Below, piece by piece: positions 1 to 9,073 of a stretch of 32,000 bases of DNA. How positions within the stretch are numbered: the stretch's first letter is position 1; every line of letters starts with the position of its first letter. The DNA lies in NCBI GenBank assembly GCA_047651235.1, contig CP178758.1:30001-62000 (forward strand), in the 5' to 3' direction. Below the pieces are notes generated by a model. That model was not told the DNA's origin. It made no database searches and was given only the letters and a program-made list of their open reading frames with translations. The DNA comes from Candidatus Electrothrix yaqonensis. GTDB lineage: Bacteria; Desulfobacterota; Desulfobulbia; Desulfobulbales; Desulfobulbaceae. The position numbers and the translations under genes were made by a program.

Positions 1-200
1 CGCAGCAGTGGTTCCCCGCCGGAGAGCACCACCACCGGATCGGCATAGGATTTGATATCGTCCAGAACGCGCTTGGCTTCGTCAAAAGAAAAATCAGGAT
101 GGCCTGCCGCTTCAAGCTCAGAGGAAGAACGGCAGTGGACACAGTTCAGATTGCAGCGCCGGGTGATTTCCCAGGCGATCCATTTCGGTTCAAAATCCAT
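1..200 (-). CDS. radical SAM protein, N-terminal part (gene runs off the window start)
   Basis: Reverse-strand ATG at 200-198 translates to MDFEPKWIAWEITRRCNLNCVHCRSSSELEAAGHPDFSFDEAKRVLDDIKSYADPVVVLSGGEPLL. CNLNCVHC is the CxxxCxxC 4Fe-4S/SAM motif and GGEPLL is also typical. It is absent from the ORF track because the window edge truncates it. Confidence 0.75.
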   Translation of the reverse strand, partial: MDFEPKWIAWEITRRCNLNCVHCRSSSELEAAGHPDFSFDEAKRVLDDIKSYADPVVVLSGGEPLL

Positions 201-396
201 GTATTTTTTTGGGATGAAAAATGTTTGCGGAAACGATATAAAACCCCAACTATATTCTTCCTGCAGAAAGGGGTCAACTGCTTTATTGGGGCAGCAGCTT
301 CCCTATGTGTATCAGCGCGAGCGTACAGAGTATCCGGGGGGGGGGCAGTCAGGCGGGATCAGCTGTTTTTGCAAAAAAATGGGGGTGACACGGATT

Positions 397-519
397 CAAA
401 TACTGTTGCCATGCATCAAAAAAACCGGGTAACGCGCTAAGCACGTACCCGGTAGACTGGCCATAAAAAGAAAGAAGGGAAAGAAGGGCGCCAGGTATAA
501 GCTGGCGGTCCTTTTTAAT
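397..519 (+). repeat. two-hairpin intergenic repeat, copy 1
   Basis: caaatactgttgccatgcatcaaaaaaaccgggtaacg aligns with caagtaccgttgccatacaccaaaaaaccgggtaacg at 3036. It is followed by hairpin ACCGGGTA(424-431)/TACCCGGT(446-453), then hairpin CGCCAG(489-494)/CTGGCG(502-507) with a T-run on + and a C/T-rich run on -. The second hairpin probably also acts as terminator for the minus gene 534-1151. Confidence 0.6.
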
Positions 520-533
520 CAGCAAGCCAACAT

Positions 534-1151
534 CTAATTACCAATAATTTTACAGCAAGTAGTGTAAAGCCATAGCTCCCCATACTCATCATTGTCTGAA
601 GAGCACCCGTTATTGTCTTGCTGGACATCTAAATCATCGTTTGTTGTCTCAATGTCACCGTCATTCCGCTGACTGCATCCGGTATTTATCCAACCATCGT
701 TACAGAACAATCCCCACGGATGATCATCGGCTCCCGGATTATCATATGTGGTAAAGACTTCAAAGGGATCACTTATCGAAATATTCATCTGGTTCGTAAT
801 CTCAGGAGCATTCATAGAACCACCAATAAACATTCCTGTAACGCAGGCCAGTTGAGGCTCCGGTATACGAAGATCATCTAACCGCTTTTTAAGAGCTTCA
901 ATCTCATCTTTGTTCTGCGCGATATCGTCTTTGTTTGCCTTGATATCACCTTCATGTCTGGCGGCTGTCTCCTCTAAAGCCTCAACACGCTTCTTAAGAC
1001 CTGGAAGGTCCCCAATCTGGGCTTTGATATCCGCAATATCAGCTATATTCTGGTCTACATCCTGTCTTACTCCAGATAACGCGTTGGAGCCCGAAAGAAT
1101 TAATACAGAGATGCCGATCAAGCCGCCTATAAAAAAATTTGCCTTTTTCAT
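534..1151 (-). CDS. hypothetical secreted protein (signal peptide, coiled-coil region, Cys-rich acidic C-terminal domain)
   Basis: ORF 534-1160. The second ATG (1151, MKKANFFIGGLIG...) has better spacing to GAAAGG. It has a hydrophobic N-terminal signal-like segment, heptad-like DIKA/KDDIAQNKDEIEALKKRLDDL repeats, and several Cys in the C-terminal third. The local sequence is AT-rich. Confidence 0.7.
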   Translation of the reverse strand: MKKANFFIGGLIGISVLILSGSNALSGVRQDVDQNIADIADIKAQIGDLPGLKKRVEALEETAARHEGDIKANKDDIAQNKDEIEALKKRLDDLRIPEPQLACVTGMFIGGSMNAPEITNQMNISISDPFEVFTTYDNPGADDHPWGLFCNDGWINTGCSQRNDGDIETTNDDLDVQQDNNGCSSDNDEYGELWLYTTCCKIIGN

Positions 1152-1421
1152 TTGCACCATCCTTTCTATGATAGCATTAATATTGAAGGGTTACTGACCA
1201 TTTTTAAGCAAAAAATAGGCCGGAATATAAAAAACAATACATATTGCGTTATCTTCCTGTTTTGCTGGAGAACAGGAGTGTTCTTATCTTGTTGATAACA
1301 ATAATCTTTCCTTGTAGCACAAATAGTGTGTATTTTTTTAACAACCCAACAGCCAAACTGTGAAAAAAGTAATCACGCCAGTATCATATACTGGGGGGGG
1401 AGGATATTCGAATCCAACGAG

Positions 1422-1865
1422 ATGACAACAAAGCAACCAGATGGAACTATTAGAATAATTCTCGCTGCCATCAGCATCTGCTGCGCCCTCCTCATCCTTT
1501 CCATTGCAGTCTTTCAGCGCCCGTATAATATGAATTTTATCGATCAGCTGACGGATTCCCTGCTTACAGCACCGGATGAACAACAGCTGGATCGGCTTTT
1601 ATCCTATCGACGGTACCATTCTGTTGATGCGGCCTTCTCCCTGCATTACCACGCCTGCCTCTGGGCGGTGTATACGAAATACCCCGAGTTTTTTCTCCGA
1701 TATACAAAGGGGCGATATGAAAATATCGTTCACGAAGTAATCACGCAGGGCGAGGAAATGTTTGCGGATTTTTATCCGGACGGCAGAGAGAGCAGGCAAA
1801 GGACAAAAAATATCGAGGCACAACGGCAGGAAAATGATACTCTATCTAATAGGAAAAACAGATAA
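1422..1865 (+). CDS. hypothetical membrane-anchored protein
   Basis: ORF 1326-1865. The internal ATG at 1422 gives MTTKQPDGTIRIILAAISICCALLILSIAVF, a single N-terminal TM helix. I recognise no family. Confidence 0.55.
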   Translation: MTTKQPDGTIRIILAAISICCALLILSIAVFQRPYNMNFIDQLTDSLLTAPDEQQLDRLLSYRRYHSVDAAFSLHYHACLWAVYTKYPEFFLRYTKGRYENIVHEVITQGEEMFADFYPDGRESRQRTKNIEAQRQENDTLSNRKNR

Positions 1866-1906
1866 AATTTAATCGAAAGGAACCCGCAAACAACAGGTTG
1901 CATTAT

Positions 1907-3004
1907 ATGCTCATTGGAATTCCTCGGGAAATCAAGAAGGACGAGTACAGGGTGGCAATGCTGCCGGTCGGGGTGGAACTGCTGAAAAAGGACGGCTGCA
2001 GCATTCTGTTCCAGAAAGGGGCCGGTCTGGGCAGCGGCTATGCGGATGATGCCTATGCTGCTGCCGGTGCGGAATTAGTGGACAGCGCCGATGAAATCTA
2101 TGCTCAGGCAGAGATGGTCGTCAAGGTGAAGGAGCCGCAGCCGGAGGAAATTGCCCGATTCCGGCCTGGCCTGCTTGTGTTCTGCTATTTTCATTTTGCC
2201 GGATCCCGTGACTTAACTGAAGCCTGCCTGAAAAAGCAGATCGCAGCTGTGGCGTATGAGACGCTGGCAGACAGGCAGGGACATCTTCCTCTCCTGACCC
2301 CGATGAGCGAGATCGCCGGTAAGATGTCGATCCAGGAAGGAGCCAAATGTCTGGAAAAGCCGATGATGGGCAGAGGCATCCTGCTGGGCGGCGTACCCGG
2401 AGTAGCACCGGCCAATGTCCTGATCATCGGCGGCGGGATCGTGGGTGCCAGTGCCGCGCGGGTGGCTGCCGGTCTTGGTGCAAATGTGGTGCTTATGGAT
2501 ATCAGTCTGGATCGGCTCCGCTATCTGGACAGTATCATGCCCCCGAATGTCACGACAGTCTTTTGCGATCCCTATACAATTCGGCAATGCGTGGCTCCTG
2601 CTGATCTGGTTGTCGGGGCAGCGCTTGTGCCGGGCGGCAAGACACCGGTGCTGATCGACCGTCAAACTCTGCGGACCATGAAAAAAGGCGCTGTGTTAGT
2701 GGATGTATCCATTGATCAGGGCGGATGTTTTGCAACAAGCCGTCCGACCACCCATAGCGATCCGGTCTTTATTGAAGAGGGCGTTGTGCATTATTGCGTA
2801 ACAAACATGCCCGGTGCTGTCGGGCGGACCAGCACCAAAGCCCTCTGCAATGCCACGCTGCCCTACTGCCGGGAACTTGCGCAGGCAGGATTGGACGTCT
2901 TTGTCAAACGGACTACGGGGCGTGCTGCTGCGCTTAATATGCGCGAAGGAAAACTGCTGCATCCTGCGGTAGCCAGGGCGTTTCCTGATCTGGTGCATGG
3001 ATAG
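1907..3004 (+). CDS. ald: alanine dehydrogenase
   Basis: MLIGIPREIKKDEYRVAMLPVGVELL... has the typical Ald N-terminus, the GGGIVGASAA Rossmann motif, and a length of about 365 aa. The ATG at 1907 is preferred over the TTG at 1898 used by the ORF track. Confidence 0.93.
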   Translation: MLIGIPREIKKDEYRVAMLPVGVELLKKDGCSILFQKGAGLGSGYADDAYAAAGAELVDSADEIYAQAEMVVKVKEPQPEEIARFRPGLLVFCYFHFAGSRDLTEACLKKQIAAVAYETLADRQGHLPLLTPMSEIAGKMSIQEGAKCLEKPMMGRGILLGGVPGVAPANVLIIGGGIVGASAARVAAGLGANVVLMDISLDRLRYLDSIMPPNVTTVFCDPYTIRQCVAPADLVVGAALVPGGKTPVLIDRQTLRTMKKGAVLVDVSIDQGGCFATSRPTTHSDPVFIEEGVVHYCVTNMPGAVGRTSTKALCNATLPYCRELAQAGLDVFVKRTTGRAAALNMREGKLLHPAVARAFPDLVHG

Positions 3005-3035
3005 GAAAATAGGACAGCCGGGCCGGACGCTGGCT

Positions 3036-3150
3036 CAAGTACCGTTGCCATACACCAAAAAACCGGGTAACGACAGGTATGCCACCCGGCAAACACCCGA
3101 TACAGAAAATACAGAAAGGCCGCGAGCAGGAGCTGGCGGCCATTTTATTA
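3036..3150 (+). repeat. two-hairpin intergenic repeat, copy 2
   Basis: Its 5' part of about 38 nt matches copy 1 (397-519) at roughly 85 percent, with the same architecture: a CCGGGT...ACCCGG hairpin followed by a GC-rich hairpin. Confidence 0.6.
3118..3150 (+). terminator. probable intrinsic terminator of ald
   Basis: GGCCGC(3118-3123), a 12 nt loop, GCGGCC(3136-3141), then ATTTTATTA. Confidence 0.5.
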
Positions 3151-3380
3151 CGATTTTTCAAGTTGTTTTAATGTTTCCTTTAAATTCTCTACATACATTG
3201 AATTTCTTACATAAAGACCCCTGTTTATCTTTTCATAATAATCACGTGATTTTTCAGCGTAATAAATCTTGTTTTTTAATTCAGCAACAAGGCATTTCTT
3301 TGTTTCCTTATTATTCATAACAACCCTCCCAATTGTTATACTGTACGATATTGTTTATCTTTTACATTACATCTGTATTA

Positions 3381-3902
3381 CTAATAGACACACTTGTAGT
3401 TTCCTCCTTTATAGTCCAATACTTTAGAATTTATTACATATAATTCCTGTTCTGGTACTCCGAATTTTTTTTCCACATAATCTGCACTTAACTTCTCGGT
3501 ATTTTGAGCGTATACAAATTTCATAAGCCCTTTTTGGTAAGTACAGTATATCCTGATCTCTTTATCTGTTGGCTCTATAACTTTTTGTTCAGGGACGGAC
3601 TGTTTGCCAACCTTTTTCTTTGTCGTTTTTGCAATCTTCTCCTCTTTCTTCTCGGTATTCAGATTGCATGTTAACGACTTTCTGCTCGTTTCAACAAAAT
3701 CAGCAACTTTTCTTCTGCCGGGTATCCACTCTATACAGCTCGGTTTTTCAGGCCACCAATCCGGCCTTTCTTCTGATGCGTTAAACACACCATTTTGATC
3801 TTGCCAGAGATACATCTCCCCATACGCATAATCGTTTACAGTTACAAAACTTAATAACACGAAAAAACCAAGAATTATATTACATCGAGAATATTTATAC
3901 AT
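3381..3902 (-). CDS. hypothetical secreted protein, N-terminal region DUF4124-like
   Basis: A strong RBS GGAGGAGG precedes the ATG at 3902 (MYKYSRCNIILGFFVLLSFV..., signal-like). MYLWQDQNGVFNASEE resembles the DUF4124 motif (Y-x-W-x-D-x-x-G-V), judged from memory only. The region is AT-rich. Confidence 0.65.
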   Translation of the reverse strand: MYKYSRCNIILGFFVLLSFVTVNDYAYGEMYLWQDQNGVFNASEERPDWWPEKPSCIEWIPGRRKVADFVETSRKSLTCNLNTEKKEEKIAKTTKKKVGKQSVPEQKVIEPTDKEIRIYCTYQKGLMKFVYAQNTEKLSADYVEKKFGVPEQELYVINSKVLDYKGGNYKCVY

Positions 3903-3929
3903 GAACCTCCTCCTTATCAATTATTTCAA

Positions 3930-4352
3930 TTATTTTGATTGACTCCTGCGGGATATCTTGTTTTTATGGATTTCTATTGCTCGACGATATTCTCTGACAA
4001 GTTCAAGTCGATATGAAACTTTCAGCTGAAAATAAATCGGACTGAGCATCAATATACGAATTACATCATGGAGACTCATCTGTTTATCACTTTCAGTGAT
4101 AGGAACAGGAGATGGAAATTTATTATCAGATGCTGAATTGTTATGACGGGGCAGGGTATTTCGGATGGTTAAACGAGTTCTGTTCGGTTCAGCCTTTTGT
4201 TCGGCTGTTGCATATCGGTAGTCGGTAAGTTCCGGATGATGGACGCGATGCTGCTTATGAGCAGTAGGGACTGAGACAGGACGGCGTAAAGCAGATTTGC
4301 TTATAAGGATAGCGGGATTATCCCGGCAGAATATTTTTTCCGTGGATATCAT
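3930..4352 (-). CDS. hypothetical protein (weakly supported ORF)
   Basis: A 140 aa ORF in the AT-rich insert with no recognisable motif. Its composition is atypical and it may not be expressed. Confidence 0.3.
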   Translation of the reverse strand: MISTEKIFCRDNPAILISKSALRRPVSVPTAHKQHRVHHPELTDYRYATAEQKAEPNRTRLTIRNTLPRHNNSASDNKFPSPVPITESDKQMSLHDVIRILMLSPIYFQLKVSYRLELVREYRRAIEIHKNKISRRSQSK

Positions 4353-4674
4353 AACACACTTCCCGGCGATTTATAAAAAAGCAGGTAACCCGGCGGTCTC
4401 CTTCTCTTCCGGGAGATCCGTGGCTTTCCGACACCGCCTCGCGACGGCTGTGGCTTTATCAGCTTTCCGGTATCGACCAGAAAGCGAAGTATATATTAAA
4501 ATCCATGCAAGTATTGTTCCTTTTTTAGTGTGTATTGTCAATATTGATTAGAAATGAATTCAACTACATTGAATTCTTCAGCTGAGATAGATGCTTTTTG
4601 TTTTTGCATTTTTTTTACCCGATTTCAATAAAAGATATTTTTTTACCTGACACCTATTATCAGAGGTCAAAAAT

Positions 4675-4879
4675 GTGTTGCTGTTGCTGATCTGGTCGTC
4701 GGGGCAGCGCTTGTTCCGGGCGGCAAGACACCGATATTGATCGGTCGTCAAATGCCGGGAATTCGCCCAGGCAGGATTAGATGTCTTTGTCAAACAGACT
4801 GCCGGACGTGCTGCTACGCTTAATATGCGCGAAGGGAAGCTGCTGCATCCTGTGGTAGCCAAGGCGTTTCCTGATCTGG
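4675..4879 (+). pseudogene. remnant of a second alanine dehydrogenase 3' end, with an internal deletion of about 200 bp
   Basis: 4685-4752 aligns with ald 2599-2666, and 4753-4879 aligns with ald 2867-2993 (ctgatctgg...caagacacc; tgccgggaa...gcgtttcctgatctgg). I estimate about 85-90 percent identity by eye. There is no start codon and the frame is broken. Confidence 0.85.
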
Positions 4880-5028
4880 CGGCGGCTGGCAGGGATATGA
4901 CCCGACACACGGCCTGGTCGTGACCGAGGAGCACATTCCCCTTGCAGCGAGCTTTACCTCTGCAGGGGCTGCTCCTGTAACCGGGAATTATCGCGGGACA
5001 GGTGCTTGGGCGGAGATGAAATTTTCTA

Positions 5029-5215
5029 TCACGATAAGAAACTGTTTACAAAAAACTGCTGATCCAGTCGTCTGACGAGAATACTGATCATGGAAATCTG
5101 AATCATCGCTTCACTGTTTTCCGTGAGCAGCTCATAATCATTTGAGTTTCTGCGGAAATTAAATATCCATACGAATAAGATCTGACGGATATACCTGCTC
5201 CTTCCGGGCTTCCAT
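5029..5215 (-). pseudogene. C-terminal remnant of an IS5/IS4-superfamily DDE transposase
   Basis: The minus-strand translation ...SRYIRQILFVWIFNFRRNSNDYELLTENSEAMIQISMISILVRRLDQQFFVNSFLS* resembles the conserved IS5-family tail (..ERxFxWLxxFRRLxxDYE..xExSEAMIxLAMIxLMLRRL). No upstream catalytic part is present. Confidence 0.6.
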
Positions 5216-5252
5216 TTTTTGCCTCCTGTCTCTATGATTCGTCGGATTGAGA

Positions 5253-6383
5253 TTAGAGGGTTATGCTGAACCGGGAGTTTTTTTTAAAACAGCTTGTCAG
5301 GTCGGAAGTCGCTAACGAACACTCAATCACCCCGTCCTCCGAGGTCACGAGATAAATATCCACCTGCAGGCCGGAGCACTGCTCCGCATACTCCCGGGCC
5401 CGCAGGCAAACCGCCCGGATCAGATCGGCCCTGCCTTGGGCCTGTAAAATCTGCAGAATCTCTCTGGCTGTGTTGGCTGCGGCCATGCGGGCGACGCTTT
5501 CCTGCTCCAGTCTCAGTTCACCGAGCAGACGGGCAGCCTGCTTCATCTCCAAGGCTCCGTTGCGCACATGGGTCTGGGGAATACACAAGGCGCACTTGAG
5601 GACTTTGGCCCACATACCGGCCAGGTGGATGCGGCGGAAGCCGTGCCGCTGCGCTGCAGTGAGGGCATAGGCCAGATAATCGCCCATCATCACCTGGGCC
5701 TCTTCCGGCAGATGCAGGATTTTCTGCACGGCCGCCTCCGAGGTGCGCCCCGTGGACAGGATGACCTGATCCAGTCCGGCAGCGCGGGCCACCTTCATGG
5801 AGGCGTCAACGGTATCGGTCCAGGCCTTGGCCGAGACCGGGCGGACAATGCCGGTGGTGCCGAGAATAGAAAGCCCGCCGAGAATGCCCAGCCGTTTGTT
5901 CAGCGTCTGTTCTGCCAGCTGCTCACCGTTGCGCACACTGACTGTGACAGCCAGCCGTACCGGCCTGTTCTGCCGCTCTGTCACTTCGGCCACGGCCTCC
6001 CGGATCATCCGCCGGGGACCGGGGTTGATGGCCGGTTCTCCCACGGCAACCGGCAGACCGGGCTTGGTCACGGTTCCCACCCCGGCACCGGCCCTGAGTA
6101 CAACCGTTTCTTCGCCTTCCTCCAGTTCCAGCTCTCTGACAGAAGCAAGGATCTCGGCCCCGTTGGTCACATCCGGATCATCTCCGGCATCCTTGATGAC
6201 GGACGCCATCGCGTTGCCTTCCTGCAGTTTGCAGGTATGCAGAAGAAAACTGTGCCGTTCCCCGTTGGGAAAAAGGATGTCTACCTGCTCAGGATGCTGC
6301 CCTGCAAGGAGCAGCAGGGTTGCCGCTTTCGCTGCAGCCGCTGCGCAGGCCCCGGTAGTAAAGCCGGATCGGAGGGTACTCAT
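5253..6383 (-). CDS. cbiD: cobalt-precorrin-5B (C1)-methyltransferase
   Basis: LRSGFTTGACAAAAAKAA is the typical CbiD N-terminus, and the length (376 aa) fits. Confidence 0.9.
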   Translation of the reverse strand: MSTLRSGFTTGACAAAAAKAATLLLLAGQHPEQVDILFPNGERHSFLLHTCKLQEGNAMASVIKDAGDDPDVTNGAEILASVRELELEEGEETVVLRAGAGVGTVTKPGLPVAVGEPAINPGPRRMIREAVAEVTERQNRPVRLAVTVSVRNGEQLAEQTLNKRLGILGGLSILGTTGIVRPVSAKAWTDTVDASMKVARAAGLDQVILSTGRTSEAAVQKILHLPEEAQVMMGDYLAYALTAAQRHGFRRIHLAGMWAKVLKCALCIPQTHVRNGALEMKQAARLLGELRLEQESVARMAAANTAREILQILQAQGRADLIRAVCLRAREYAEQCSGLQVDIYLVTSEDGVIECSLATSDLTSCFKKNSRFSITL

Positions 6384-6584
6384 GTCAGGTCATTGCCAGT
6401 CATTGATCTGGTCATTGAAAAAAAGGAAAACAGTCTGGCCAGCATCCTGTTCAGCGAGACGTGCTGCTTGTCCATTCTCCGGGACTGTGTTATTCTGAGT
6501 TATTCTGACTGCCGGATACATCTCCGGCACATACTTTCTTCTTATTATGCTCTACTTCTGCCACATTATTTCATAGATTTTCAT

Positions 6585-8051
6585 ATGAAGATATATAACA
6601 CGTTGACCGGAAAAAAGGAAACCTTCGTCCCTATTGAGGAGGGCCGCATCCGCCTCTATGTCTGCGGCATCACCTCGTACGACTACTGCCATATCGGCCA
6701 TGCCCGCTCGGCTCTGGTCTTTGACATGGTGGTGCGCTACCTGCGCTATCGGGGCTACGACGTCACCTTTGTCCGCAACTTTACCGATATTGACGACAAA
6801 ATCATTGTCCGGGCTGCTGAACAGGGCATTGATGCGGCCGAGCTTGCCGAACGGTTTATCGGCGAGTTCTACACCGATATGGATGCCTTGGGTGTGCTGC
6901 GGGCAGACCTTGAACCCAAGGCCACCGAGCATATTCAGGAGATGATCGAACTTGTCCAGGAACTTATCGACCAGGGGTTGGCCTATCCGTCCGGCGGGGA
7001 TGTCTATTACCGGGTACGGAAGTTCCCGGATTACGGCATGCTTTCCGGCCGTAATCTGGAAGATATGCAGGCTGGTGCCCGTATTGATGTCAATGAGCAG
7101 AAAGAAGACCCGATGGATTTTGTCCTCTGGAAGGGAGCCAAACCGGGCGAGCCGCACTGGCCTAGCCCCTGGGGAGAAGGGCGACCGGGCTGGCACATTG
7201 AGTGCTCGGCCATGAGCCGCAAATACTTGGGCGCCAATTTTGATATCCACGGCGGGGGCAAGGATCTGATTTTTCCCCATCATGAAAACGAATTGGCCCA
7301 GTCTGTGGGAGCGAACAACTGCCCCTTTGCCAACCTCTGGATGCACCACGGCTTTGTCACCATCAAAGAGGAAAAGATGTCCAAGTCTCTGGGCAACTTC
7401 CTCACCATCCGGGACGTTCTCCGGCAGTATCCAGCCGAGACCCTGCGCCTGTTCCTCTTTTCCACCCAGTACCGTAATCCTCTGGATTTCAGCGAGACTG
7501 CCCTGCAGGATGCCCAGACCGGTCTGGATCGGATGTATGACTGTCTGGCCGGAATCAACAGGACGGTCCGTTCTGTTGACAGTGCCGGGGAGGAGTCGCT
7601 GATCAGCCCTAAGTACCGCAAGAAGATTCTCTCCCTGCAGCAGCGCTTTGAGACGGCAATGGACAATGACTTCAACACGGCTCAGGCCATCGGCCATCTT
7701 TTTGATGGCGTCAAGGTGCTGAACAAAATATGCAGAATGCTGACTGCACAGGAAGGAGCGGCTGAGGACGTGGTTCTGCTGCACCAGGGCGGAGCAATTC
7801 TGCGCGAGCTGGCCGGGCTGCTCGGTGTGCTGCAGCAGAATCCGGAGCAGTACATGCAGGGTAAAAAAGAGGCTCTGCTGGCCAGGATCACTCTGTCCGA
7901 GGAGGAGATCACTGCCCTGATCGCCAAAAGAAATGCAGCACGGGCAGCAAAGGACTGGGCTGCCGGCGATGCGGTCCGCGACGAGCTGCTTAGCCATAAT
8001 ATTGAACTGCACGACGGCCCGGACGGCACGACCTGGGATGTGAAAGCATGA
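6585..8051 (+). CDS. cysS: cysteine--tRNA ligase
   Basis: The in-frame ATG at 6585 gives [42 protein letters not shown] (HIGH motif) and KMSKS is present. The long N-terminal extension in the ORF track (from 5568) is antisense to cbiD and spurious. Confidence 0.95.
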   Translation: MKIYNTLTGKKETFVPIEEGRIRLYVCGITSYDYCHIGHARSALVFDMVVRYLRYRGYDVTFVRNFTDIDDKIIVRAAEQGIDAAELAERFIGEFYTDMDALGVLRADLEPKATEHIQEMIELVQELIDQGLAYPSGGDVYYRVRKFPDYGMLSGRNLEDMQAGARIDVNEQKEDPMDFVLWKGAKPGEPHWPSPWGEGRPGWHIECSAMSRKYLGANFDIHGGGKDLIFPHHENELAQSVGANNCPFANLWMHHGFVTIKEEKMSKSLGNFLTIRDVLRQYPAETLRLFLFSTQYRNPLDFSETALQDAQTGLDRMYDCLAGINRTVRSVDSAGEESLISPKYRKKILSLQQRFETAMDNDFNTAQAIGHLFDGVKVLNKICRMLTAQEGAAEDVVLLHQGGAILRELAGLLGVLQQNPEQYMQGKKEALLARITLSEEEITALIAKRNAARAAKDWAAGDAVRDELLSHNIELHDGPDGTTWDVKA

Positions 8052-8105
8052 AGAAGGCCTGAGCAGATTCCCTGCTTCCTGCGGAAAAATAGGCGGAACA
8101 GATTT

Positions 8106-8960
8106 ATGGATATTCGCTACGTCGGGATCATTACCCGCCGGAATTCCCCTGATGTCCGCCAGGTGGGCCGGGGACTGGCTACCTGGTTTGCCCAGCGTTC
8201 CATAAAGGCGGAACTGGACCGGATTGATCCGGCAATGGACATGCTGACCATTTTGGGCGGTGACGGCACCCTGCTCCATGTTGCAGATCAGGCCTCCCGT
8301 TACGGTATCCCGGTGGTGGGCATCAATCTGGGCAATCTGGGCTTTCTCACCGAGGTGGCTGCCGGAGAGATGTACCAGGCCCTTGAGCAGATCCTGCACA
8401 GCGGGGTTACCATTGAAGAACGGATGATGCTCCGGGCCAAGCTGCTGGATGAAAACGGTGAACCGGCCGGGCCGTCCATGTTCGCCCTCAACGAGGTGGT
8501 GATCGTCAAGAGCAGCACGGAACCCATGATGCGCCTCCGCTGCTGGGCTGACCGGGAATACATCACCACCTACAAGGCGGACGGCCTGATCATCTCCACG
8601 CCCACCGGTTCCACAGCCTATAATCTCTCCGCAGGCGGCCCCATTGCCCATGCGGAACTCCGAACCCTGCTGGTCACCCCGATCTGCCCTTTTATGCTGG
8701 AATCCCGGCCGGTACTGCTTTCCCCCCGCACCCGGGTGACTGCCCAGCTGGCCCCGCCTTCAACCAATGTAAAAATCATGGTGGACGGCCGCCTGGGCTG
8801 GACCATGCACGCCAATGATTTTCTCACTGTTGAGGCTGCTGCCCGACCGCTGCGCCTGATCAGCTCGCCGCATAAGGGTTATTTCGCCATCCTGCGCAAC
8901 AAACTGAACTGGGGCGGACGTGATCCCGGTTACCCGCTGCCGGAGGTCATCATGGCATAG
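8106..8960 (+). CDS. nadK: NAD(+) kinase
   Basis: GGDGTLL, NLGNLGFL and STPTGSTAYNLSAGGP motifs are present; 284 aa. Confidence 0.92.
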   Translation: MDIRYVGIITRRNSPDVRQVGRGLATWFAQRSIKAELDRIDPAMDMLTILGGDGTLLHVADQASRYGIPVVGINLGNLGFLTEVAAGEMYQALEQILHSGVTIEERMMLRAKLLDENGEPAGPSMFALNEVVIVKSSTEPMMRLRCWADREYITTYKADGLIISTPTGSTAYNLSAGGPIAHAELRTLLVTPICPFMLESRPVLLSPRTRVTAQLAPPSTNVKIMVDGRLGWTMHANDFLTVEAAARPLRLISSPHKGYFAILRNKLNWGGRDPGYPLPEVIMA

Positions 8961-9073
8961 CACCCAGAGCACTTTCTTTCATCCTTTTCCGCTGATCCTT
9001 TGCTGCTGCACAGCAGTACCCGTCTCAATTTTATCCTCAAACTTTATCTTCAAATTCTTCAAGGAGGAACACG

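Noticed and set aside
4656-4668. The 10-mer ATTATCAGAG occurs three times (about 4659, 20494 and 20636), twice next to island junctions.
   Set aside because: In 32 kb with AT-rich stretches, a 10-mer recurring three times is not clearly beyond chance. There is no extended similarity around the matches.
6552-8651. A 699 aa ORF on the minus strand, and the 827 aa plus-strand ORF extension from 5568.
   Set aside because: They run antisense to or overlap the well-supported cysS, nadK and cbiD genes. The sequence is Gly/Arg/Ala/Pro-rich low-complexity, typical of shadow ORFs in GC-rich DNA. The cysS start at 6585 gives a canonical N-terminus.
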